DNA from: Vairimorpha necatrix
Lineage: Eukaryota
DNA length: 64,000 nt
Assembly: GCA_036630325.1 (NCBI GenBank)
Contig: CP142726.1
Span: forward strand, 682,001 to 746,000
Reading direction: 5' to 3'
Shown here: positions 45,742 to 56,123 of the stretch, piece after piece
How the letters are laid out: each line of letters starts with the position of its first letter
Numbering within the stretch: the stretch's first letter is position 1
Position numbers and translations under genes: made by a program
The notes under the pieces: model-generated
Told to the model about the DNA's origin: nothing
Databases searched by the model: none
What the model saw: only the letters and a program-made list of their open reading frames with translations

Positions 45742-48071
45742 TGTTGTAGACTGTATTTCTACAACATTTATTTTATTTCACTCCCTGTCAAATCTATCAT
45801 TGAATTTTCTAGAATTTTATTTGCTATAAATAAAATTCTAGAAAGGAAGGGTACAGAAGGAAGATGGAGAGACAAACACAAGGAGTGTGTAGACATAGCA
45901 ACAAGACAGCTATGAGAGAGTCCAAAGGGACGTTTAAAAATAAAGGGCAATATATTAATTCTATTTTAGAGTGGTACTTTATCACCGGGAGAGCTTCCCC
46001 GGGATACCACAACTTGAATTCAAGAGCGAGTGTAGGAGTACCAAGTGCGAGTACAAAATTACTAATGAATGATAATAAAATTAATCATGGTGAAGTAAAC
46101 CAAAAGAAAATAAAATTAAGTTACACTATTCCAGGAACGGAATTTAAAATTGAAGAAGAACTGAATATTATAGAAGATATTCAAAAATTTGATATGTATG
46201 AATGGTTTAAAACATTTGAGAAGATTACCACAAGAAACAAGTGGAATTCGGAGCAATATGAGCTCATACTAAGGGATTTGATTTCGGACAAATCCTTAGA
46301 CGATAAAATATTTAAAGGAGATTTAATGAAAATACAAGAAAAAATCTTTAGTTATGTATACAGCGTGAAGAAAGCTGAAGGATGGATTAAGAAACTTGCT
46401 AATGCAAAACAAGTAGATTTTGTAACCATCAAGGAATACTATGAGTACATTAATAAGTACGTTAAATATTATAGTCTTGCATATAAGATAAGCAAGGACG
46501 AGTACAACAGAAAATTATGGGAGTACTTTAAGAACGGGTTAGGTGAAAACACTAGAAGAAAATTAATTGATAATATCAATGTTCACAACCTTGAGGAATA
46601 TATGAATAAATTGTTAACGATGGAAGAAGAAATACTTAATTTAAATAATCCGAGAAATGATTCAAGAAAGTTCGAAACATCTGAACGAACACATAAGAAC
46701 AATTCCTTTTCAATACAAAAGAAGTGGTGCAGATACCACAAGCACAACGGACATAATTCTGTTGATTGTTTCATGAATAAAGAAAAAGGAAATCAAAACC
46801 ATAGGGATTTACCAAGAAGAAATGAAATGAATGTCATGGAAGAAGAAAAAGACAACATTAGAGAAATGGTTGTTAGAGCGAATATTAATGAAAGTAACGT
46901 GAACATTTTGTTAGACAGTGGAGCAAGCAGAAGCTTTATATCTGAAGGATTAGCTAAAAGATTAAATTTAAAGCTTAGAGAAAACAAATCTATAAGAACG
47001 GTTATAGCCAATGGAGAAGTAATTACCACTAATATGTCAACCGAATTAGACTTTAAATTTGAAGGAGTAAGCAAGAGTTACTCTATTGAACCATACGTCT
47101 TTGATAGATGCATGTATGATGTGATTCTAGGCAGCGATTTCTTGTTTAACAACAATTGCATTTTAGATTATAAAAATAAGGTAGTTATTTGTGACGAGAA
47201 GATTGTCAAAATCATTGGGTATGAAGAGGTGGCGGAAAAAACATTGGACGAAATAATGATTGAAAGACTATGCGTAGTGGAAGATGAAAAAATTGAAAAT
47301 GAAGATCATAATAAAGTAAATAATTATACAGCCAAAACGAAAGATAGTAATGTGAAATTTGGTAGGAATAAACATAAGAAAGAAAGAAATACAGTGTTTG
47401 GAAAACAAAATTGGGTTAAAAAGAATAAAAATAAGAAAGTAGTAACAGAATGTAAAACTGGTAAAATTATTAAAGATAAAACAAAAGATCAGGTTAACCC
47501 TGTAGTAAAATATCGAGATAAGATTTCAAAAATAAGATTTTATGATCCTTATAAAGGTAAGGTAATTTTTAATGCATCAGATCGGCCAAGAAAGAAAAAG
47601 ACCAAGATAAAAATGTGTAAGCAGAAAAATAAGGTCGAAGTTCTATTCTATGCGAGGAACTTCTCGACAAACAAACTTAATAAAAAATTTATAAGTCCAT
47701 ACAGGGCGAATCTAAAGAAAAAAACTAAATTATGGTATAAGGTATATGGACTAGCAGGATGGGCTCATAGGAAATAGTAAAAGTTTTGAGAGGGGGCAGG
47801 ATGTTGTAGACTGTATTTCTACAACATTTATTTTATTTCACTCCCTGTCAAATCTATCATTGAATTTTCTAGAATTTTATTTGCTATAAATAAAATTCTA
47901 GAAAGGAAGGGTACAGAAGGAAGATGGAGAGACAAACACAAGGAGTGTTTAGACATAGCAACAAGACAGCTATGAGAGAGTCCAAAGGGACGTTTAAAAA
48001 TAAAGGGCAATATATTAATTCTATTTTAGAGTGGTACTTTATCACCGGGAGAGCTTCCCCGGGATACCACA
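45742..48071 (+). mobile_element. Non-autonomous Gag-protease LTR element C (2330 bp, 270-bp LTRs)
   Basis: LTRs 45742-46011 and 47802-48071 (1 mismatch seen), TSD AATAT, PPT GAGAGGGGGCAGGA. Confidence 0.96.
45864..47777 (+). CDS. Gag-aspartic protease plus basic tail ending in integrase C-terminal remnant (637 aa)
   Basis: CRYHKHNGHNSVDC knuckle, LLDSGASRSFIS..DVILGSDFL protease; homologous to element B Gag-PR; no YxDD. Confidence 0.9.
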   Translation: MERQTQGVCRHSNKTAMRESKGTFKNKGQYINSILEWYFITGRASPGYHNLNSRASVGVPSASTKLLMNDNKINHGEVNQKKIKLSYTIPGTEFKIEEELNIIEDIQKFDMYEWFKTFEKITTRNKWNSEQYELILRDLISDKSLDDKIFKGDLMKIQEKIFSYVYSVKKAEGWIKKLANAKQVDFVTIKEYYEYINKYVKYYSLAYKISKDEYNRKLWEYFKNGLGENTRRKLIDNINVHNLEEYMNKLLTMEEEILNLNNPRNDSRKFETSERTHKNNSFSIQKKWCRYHKHNGHNSVDCFMNKEKGNQNHRDLPRRNEMNVMEEEKDNIREMVVRANINESNVNILLDSGASRSFISEGLAKRLNLKLRENKSIRTVIANGEVITTNMSTELDFKFEGVSKSYSIEPYVFDRCMYDVILGSDFLFNNNCILDYKNKVVICDEKIVKIIGYEEVAEKTLDEIMIERLCVVEDEKIENEDHNKVNNYTAKTKDSNVKFGRNKHKKERNTVFGKQNWVKKNKNKKVVTECKTGKIIKDKTKDQVNPVVKYRDKISKIRFYDPYKGKVIFNASDRPRKKKTKIKMCKQKNKVEVLFYARNFSTNKLNKKFISPYRANLKKKTKLWYKVYGLAGWAHRK

Positions 48072-48081
48072 AATATTAATA

Positions 48082-48280
48082 TGATATCCTAAATATCATA
48101 AAAATAGTTTTTAAATATTTCCCTCCAAATTCTTGCAGTTTCCCCTCCAACAACTATTTAAATATTTTATCCGGAAAGGGACACGGAGTTATGGAAAGAA
48201 GAACTAATATTTACAATAAAAATATTTTACATACTTTCCTCAGTGGTGGATACCACATATATATTGGTAACATTTAATTA
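48082..48280 (+). pseudogene. Fragment of an unidentified multicopy gene
   Basis: About 60 open codons (FPPNS..FPSN.YLNILSG.G.G.ME..TFLSGGYH), conserved in the same frame in an inverted copy near 59660-59850 and weakly near 6755-6915. Confidence 0.5.
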
Positions 48281-49175
48281 TATGGTAAATGGCAAAATAA
48301 AAAGTTTTAAATATAATAAAATAGATGCATTGAATTACAATCAAGTATTGTTCAAAATTGAGGTTAATTCATATTTAAAAAACATTTTAGATTTTAGAAA
48401 TAAGATTTATTCGTATACAAATTCTTATTGAACATTTTTGTAAGATTTTTTATCTTCTTTTAATCAAATAGAATTAAATATTTAAAGATGAAATTAGTTT
48501 ATAAAAATTTACATTAGCAATAATTATAAGAGTTATACATAAAAATTAACACAAATGTCTAATATTACGTTTTATGTTGAGTAGTGCTGCACAGCTAAAA
48601 ATTTGAATATCTATTATTTTGGCATCACAAGATCGTAATCCTAATTATTCAGATAATACTTAATGCATTTCTTAAGATTATAAAAGAATTGGAATCAAGG
48701 AGGACAAAAACGACAATAAACAGGACACTTTTTCCTAATTACAATCCCAATTTATCGAATTAATGATAAAATGCTTAAAAATTGTTTAATAATCACATAT
48801 AATAGTATTTAGAAGGTAAAATTCTTTGTTGCGTCAGTATATATTGCTAATCTTCCACATATTTACATAACAATCTTTATTATTTAAATTTTTATATTCA
48901 TAACTAATTTGATTAGGACAGACTTAAAATTTTAACAATATTATGGCTTAAATATAGCCGACTTCTCTGGTAGATTTTCGTGCAACAATTACCAATCAAA
49001 TATAGATCAAACACATATATTAATTCTACCCACAATCTGGGCGTACATGGTTTTTTGTTTAATCTTAGCATTTTCTGTTCGACGTCTACTCATATACATC
49101 CTCTTTAGTTTGACCCCGTCGTGGACGAAGGCTAAAAAAATTTGACAATATTTGTTTCTAAGAAATACATTTTTG

Positions 49176-50389
49176 GGCGCTACTTCATTTTCTTGCCCCC
49201 CTAAAAAAAACATACATAAAAAGATACAAAATCGTGTTATTTTTCAAATCTAAATATTTTTTTTTTGAGGGGGGCAAGAAAATGAAGTTAAGGTATTTTT
49301 TGTCGATTTGAGAATTTTTAAATGCCTCCTTCAGATTCCGTATTAAGGGGTTAAAAAATTTTAATTTTTTAATCCTTAATAAGAAATTTAAAGGAAGCTA
49401 TTCGGGAGCTAAATATCTGCGAAGATGCGTGCTTTAGGCACAATGAAGCAGCAATTGATTTTTTTTAGATAATAGTCTTCTAAAAAGATCGATTGCTTGC
49501 AGACATTGTTCGACATCAGAACGAACTGTTCTTATGAACATTAATGGATGTTCCGGCTAAATTGACGGTAAAGCTTATCGTTGTGTTAATAAAAAGTGTA
49601 GTTCGAAGAGTTCACTTAAAAATGGTACGATGTTTAAAGGGATAAGCGTTCAATTTCACAAAATTCTTAGAGCATTCTATGGCTGGGTATTAAATTATAC
49701 TACTTACCAAGCAATAGATCTTTGCAAAATATGTGAATATTCATATATTTAAAACAAGGATACAGTGATGGAAGTCATTGCTTCTAAAAGCGATGATAGC
49801 TACCAAATATGAGGAACTTATGTTTGTGTACAATTTGATGAAACCGCCATATGCAACGGGGTAATTGTATCCAATCCTTCTTCAACTTTGGATTCCATGT
49901 CTGGAATTCAATGGATTATAGGCGGCATAGTAGAAGGTAACTGTAGAGAATTTGTTCTTGAATTGCTACCGAATCGACAATCTGGTACTATTGAAGAGTT
50001 TTTTAGACACAGAGTAAAACGTGGCTCTATTATAATTTCTGATGGATACCCTTTATGCCCTCCAGCCTCTAGAAATTTTGGGAGTGAACATTACAAAGTA
50101 AATCATTCGCTTGGGTTTATAAATGCAGAAGGAGACCACACAAATAATATAGAAAATTTGGGGTCCCATTTGAAGAATGAATATAGATTGAGAATGAGGC
50201 TTTAAAGGCATAGGATAAATTTTTTTTTTAAAAGAATTCGCTTGGAAAAAAAAAATATCAATCATTTCAATAATGATGATCATAGGTGTGCTTATATAAA
50301 AATTTTAAAACTTTGTAGGTTGGAATAATTAAAATTTCTTCTAAATAATTTTTTTTTCTAGGGGGGGGGCAAGAAAATGAAGTAGCGCC
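49176..50389 (+). mobile_element. Degenerate Merlin transposon (second family)
   Basis: TIR GGCGCTACTTCATTTTCTTGCCCCCC, approximate TSD CATTTTTG, broken transposase (VQFDETA, WIIGGIVE, IISDGY, VNHS..HTNNIE). Empty site at about 61554-61562. Confidence 0.9.
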
Positions 50390-51184
50390 CATTTTTTTGA
50401 ATACCGGCCGTCTTTGGAGAAGCTTAAAATATTTTTTCCATTAAAATTTATTAGCTGGACATTCTAAAAATTTATATGTTAGGGAATACACTCCAAAAAA
50501 TAAATTATCATTTTTTGGCATGGCACAAAATTTTATACGTGAATCCAATAGCTCGGATTTATATTTCTATCTAACATTAGGTCACTTTTCTTATCACTAT
50601 ACCAAAAATACTTTGCTTGTTTTAAGAATTGTTTTAAAAATTAAGGACTGGAATTTTCACATGTAACTTGTTTTTGATATGCAATCTGTATGATATACTT
50701 GTTTCTAATAATCCTAAAGGTTTCTGAATTTTCTAGTTTTTTATAAAGATAACATTTTTTTTTATGCAAAACATAGTACTTAAGTTTTTTTCACAATAAA
50801 AGATACGGGAAAACTAGAATTCCTATAAATCTTCCAATACCTTAGAAAGTCTATAAAAAACGACCTTATATGTTACTATGTCCGAAATTGAACTTTGGTG
50901 CAAAATAAATCTTTTTATAACGTTGTTATATTTTTGTACGAATTTACAGTATAAACATTTACAAATCTATTTTTGTATGAATTGGAACAACTGAAATGCT
51001 ACTCAAATAAAAAACGGTAAATGCTATATACGTTGTGTCTTCTAAAAATAAAAAATTTTAAGCTTAGTTTATTTGTAGAAATTTTAAATCTTTTATTCGT
51101 TTTATTGACTAAAAATTTTGTAGAAATAGATGGAGAATATATGCTCAACATTGTTTATGATAATAATAAGCAAAATTTTTAAAA

Positions 51185-51901
51185 TTAAAAATTTATTTCG
51201 CACAAAAAAAAAAGAACGACAAGCAATATTGTTACCTGAACAATATGTAGAAATATAGAACGTCTATACCTAGACATACGATCGTTCGTATTTTTAATAA
51301 CATTGTGGCATATATTAAGTTGTTCAATACTTTTCGTAATTTCTTTATAGTCATTGTTTATAAAAACCTGCTCAAATATCAAATTATTCTCAGCGTTTAA
51401 TTTTATATTAACGGACATTTTAATTATATTTTCAATCTGTTCAAAATTAAGATTTTCATAAATATGATTTCTGAATAGTATGTCACTATGCAATTGCTTT
51501 GTTTTTTCAGCAAGATTAGATAGCATTAAACGAACAGCTTCTTTTTTACCACTATGTACATTTTCATCCTTATACCCATGTAAAGCATCCATATAAAAGT
51601 TAAAATCCATATCTTTTTTTTGAATTTCATATTTTTCATCGCCACACTTCGATGGCCAACTACTTTGCATTTTTATAGGAAAAGTCACGTTTTCCAATGA
51701 GCTGTCAAACATTATCTTCATTATTATTTTTGATTCATTTATATCACAGTCCATTTTGCTATATCGGTCGTTCATTGCAGGGAGCATTTTATCGCTTGCC
51801 TCATAGGCTTTATTTATTTCTTTAGTTGATGTACTTGCACTATTTTCGCTGGTAGCTACTAGTCTTTGCATATTTAAAATTAATACAGGAGTAAAAAACA
51901 T
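51185..51901 (-). CDS. Family-2 protein: signal peptide plus C-terminal TM (238 aa)
   Basis: CCC upstream, intact ORF, paralogous to 62564..63253 and 41378..42100. Confidence 0.87.
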   Translation of the reverse strand: MFFTPVLILNMQRLVATSENSASTSTKEINKAYEASDKMLPAMNDRYSKMDCDINESKIIMKIMFDSSLENVTFPIKMQSSWPSKCGDEKYEIQKKDMDFNFYMDALHGYKDENVHSGKKEAVRLMLSNLAEKTKQLHSDILFRNHIYENLNFEQIENIIKMSVNIKLNAENNLIFEQVFINNDYKEITKSIEQLNICHNVIKNTNDRMSRYRRSIFLHIVQVTILLVVLFFLCEINF

Positions 51902-52407
51902 CTTATAGGGTGCGGCATAATTTAATTTTATAGAAAAATTAAATTTTAATTTACAAGTTTGATCATATTTTTAGAAAATATCTATTATATAAATTTAATG
52001 TTTATTGGTAAAACAAGTCTTACTAAATTTTCTGATTAAAAAAATGAATCTTTATCATTTTTCTAATCTTTTGAATTTCATTTTATGTATGAGAATGTAA
52101 TAGAATAGATAAACAAAATTATTTATTTTTTAATAACTTTTATATGTGAAAACATATTGCAAAACTTTACTTTTGGCTTTATTTTTTTTGTTATCATTGT
52201 ACTATTAATTTTATTCTAAATGTGTCCTTGGTAAGTCTTCCGACAATAACTACTACAGTGCTGATTAAAAGAAATGGTTTATTTGCGTCACTATATTAAA
52301 AATTTTGCAATATTTTAATATATACAAAAAATGGATAAATATCAACATACACAAGGTCTTCGTAATTGTTAACTTTCATATGTCAGCTGTTGTACTCAAA
52401 ACTTTTT

Positions 52408-55400
52408 TTTTATTATAAAACATGTTTTTAATGATTTAATCAATTTAAAATATCAAATGATATTTAATCTATCAGTATAAAAATTTATACTTTAACACTC
52501 TACCTTCTTTCAAAAAATAAATTTTTTATATTTCTTAATCTTGAATTTATAATTTTCTCATTTGTTAGCTTTGTTTGGGCAAATCCAAATTTCATCAAAA
52601 CAACAGTTCCTTTGAAAGTATAATCCGCTTATTATTTATGTTCTTTTTCGATAGGATGGTGATACAAATTTTTTATCACACCACTTGAAGTTCATCTTGA
52701 GTCTGATTTCTTTTACGTTTGCAATAACTTGTTTTGTAACGTTAAAAAACCCCTTTGCCGTTTTGACATTTTTTATATGACATATCCTGTGGCGAGCAGC
52801 CTATTCCGCGGTAAAATGAGTTAAGATATCCATCCAAAGTCTTACCTATGCATTTTTCCTTGTCTATCCTTCCAAAATTTAATACTTTTTTCAGCTTCTC
52901 TACGTAAGTCCGATTAAATCTCTCTACTTATCCCGTAGTCGTCGGAATTTAAAGTGCTCCTAGTCTTCATTCGATTTTGTAGTTCCTAGATAACTCTTTT
53001 ATAAATTAATTTACGAATGATATTTCATTATTCGAAATTTTAATCTTTGGTACTCCGTTTTTATGATGGTTTCTCCGATTCCTCTAAGCGTTTCGCCGGC
53101 ATCTTTTGCTCATAACAATATTATGTTCGCTACCTTTGAAAAGTGATCAATTATCGAAAATATATATTTACATTCCTGTTGGCTTTAGGGTAGTGGGTCT
53201 ACTATGTGTATCTCCCATATTTCATTTGGTTATTCTAAAATAATCGAAATAAAGCTGTTTTTTATATAGTAAGATCTTATTTGTTGACATTATAGACACT
53301 TTTTTATGTTTGCGCGTCCCCATTTAAATTTTTTATTTTGTTTCTCGTAAAACGTACATCGTTGCTTTCTTTAATCCGTGAGCTAAACGACCGTGCAATT
53401 TGACTAAATTTTGTCACGTGTTTATATTCCTTTACGTTATTAATTGTTTCCCCATCATTCTACTCAATCAATCACTTGGGTTACTGCTCATTTAATATCC
53501 TCGATTGCCATATCATATTTTTTTAAATACAATGCCATCTTGCAAACTTTGTTTTTATGTTCGTATTATTTTACAGGTGCTTTATTGCACTATGAGATGT
53601 TTTAAGTAATTTTTTCCCTATTAGATAATGTCTATAAAGGTCGGTTGTATTAATCTCCGCAAGTAACTCTTTCTCGGTCGTCGAATAGTTTTTTTTTCTG
53701 TCTTTAAATAACTTTCAAATAATAACATATGATTCTTTCTTTTCATCTCTGTGTCTGTGAGAATATTGCACCTGATCCAAGGTCTAAAGCATCGGTCGTT
53801 ATAATAAATCTTTAATTTAAATTCGACATTGCAAGCATTTAGAATTAAACTGTGTTTTCTTAAACAGTTCGATAACTTTTATGTATTTTTTTTGATGATT
53901 AATTTCTTCTAGTCGACGTCTACCTTCTTTTTATAAGCCCATATAAATATGCCGTCTCCTTTGATTCATTTTTTATAAATTTACTGCAATAGTTGATTGT
54001 ACCTAAGAAAGATCCTAACTCTTTTCTGTTTCAATGAATTTTAAGGTCTTAAATAGTTTTTATTTTTTCCGGATCAATCCTTACTCCCCTCAATAGCTAA
54101 TATGTGAATTTGTCTTTTTTCATATTCGCATTTTTTCTTGTTAAGCTTCAATCTTGCCAGGCCAATTGGTTCCAACACCTTCCTGGCATGTTCCTTGCAT
54201 TTAATAACGATTTGCTTTATATAATAAAATCGTTTATATAAGCCATAGCAAATTTCCTAAATATGGCTTCGATATTATGTTCATCATTCTCTGGAATGTT
54301 GCCAGTGCGTTTACAAGACCAAACGGCATGTATAAGAATTCGTAGAGTTCGCCTCCGCATGCATACATAGATGTTTATATATCTATTTAATTCATTTTGA
54401 TTTGGTGGTGCCCAGAGAGTGCATCCAGTTTAGTTGATAAGGTCGCTCCATGAAATGAACCAATATTTCATCTACCCGGTGCATCGGATATAAGTCTTTG
54501 ATGTTATTTTTATTGAATTTTTTGTAATCAACACATGGTCTAAAGTCATCATTTTTTTCTTTGCATATCTACTGGGCTTCGCCACAGGCTATTTGATTCC
54601 CTTATAATACCTCTTTTAAATACTGTTGGGCAATCTTTTTTGCTTTCTTTTCTACTTCATATTCTAATCTGTAACAGGCATTAGTTATTGGTGGGTATTC
54701 TTTTTTGGATTCTTTGTTCTCCGAGCTTATTCTTTTCCGTGCTCCCTTTTGTCTATTCGATGATCTGTATCAAATAAATTTAACGTTATGTTTTCATGGA
54801 AAATTTAGTCCTATGATCATATTAGAAGTAATGTCATTCTTTACCACAAATTTTCTTATGAAAACTTTTTTCTTCAATCATAAACACTTGTTTTATCACT
54901 TCTAAAGTCTTGATTTTTGTACTATTGGCCGATATGAGGCCTTTTGTCGATTCTAATACCTTATTCACTACTAATTTCCATTGATTGAATTTACACATGC
55001 TCCAGAATCGACTAATGCTTGTATTATAATATCTCCAATTTTTATTAAAACTGTAAGGTCTTTGTTACTCGTTTGTCCGAGAGATCGAACACAATTGTAA
55101 AAATCAAGAGTTTATTTTTGCCAATTTCATCATTCTTTTCCAAATCATTTCCGATTTTCTACTATTTCATTTTTCACGGTCTTTTTTAAAATGTCCCTTT
55201 CTACCGCAGTACCAACGTTCCTTACTATTTTGCAATTTGCAGACCTCCATCAAATCCTCTTCAAGCTTTTGAGGAAGCGTCCTATATGTTCTTGACCTAC
55301 TGCTGCAATCCAATCTCTTACATGCATTATAAATATAGCCCAAATATCTTCTGTAGGTGTATCATTAGTAGTATACCCCAATATCGTCAGGTAATTAGTC

Positions 55401-55800
55401 CATTCAAAACGAATGCAATCAGCACATTATCTGGGAGTCGGGCTTTAATTGCAAGCCTTTCCATTTGGTCAGGATCTAGTAAAATAAACCTTCTGAGTAG
55501 AGACATCTTGCCAAATTTTTTATGTGTCCGACGCTACTCAACATTCCTTTAAATCTTCTTAAAAAACGCTTCACATAGCGCTATAAAGCCGCAGTTCCAT
55601 GACACTGATTCTGCTCAAATTGTTGAATTCCCTGCTAAATGATCTTTAAAGAAATATATTTTTCCCTTTTCACCACAATTGGCTATCGTTGCACATCCAA
55701 TTACGTATGCCAAGAAAGCACCGGGATAGTCGTCTTTACTATTTCTAAAAGTTTTTTTTGTTTGCTGTTGCCGCCAAATTGTTATTAGAAAACATAGGTT
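52408..55800 (-). mobile_element. Heavily degraded Gypsy element H
   Basis: Minus-strand remnants LDALSGHHQIKM, YMPFGLVNALATFQRMM, TDALDLG, IIDHFSK. PBS-like TGGCGGCAACAGCA (55763-55776); PPT next to a ~90-bp 3' LTR starting at 52497. The 5' LTR is truncated by the MITE end at 55801. Confidence 0.78.
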
Positions 55801-56123
55801 GGGTATAGGATACTTTAGACCCCCCCCCCTTTGAAGCGCTTCGATTTTTTTTTCGAACCCCAAAATTGAAGTGCAAAAAAATAAGAGGAGCAGGAAGGAG
55901 AAAAAATTTAAGCACTTATTACATTAAAAATAACAAATAAATATATGCTTTTATACAAAAATAAATTTTAGATTTAGTTATAATAATCATTATAAGTATT
56001 GTATCTTTTTTCGCCCTCAATATTTTTTCATTTTTTTTCATTGTTGGTTTATTATAAAAGTAGATTTTTGAAGAAAATTTGCTTTTATAATAAACCAACA
56101 ATGAAAAATATAAATAACGTTTA

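Larger units (their letters stand above)
48446..52655 (+). repeat. Segmental duplication copy 1
   Basis: Colinear with 60849-64000 apart from a Merlin insertion here and a solo LTR in copy 2. Confidence 0.92.
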
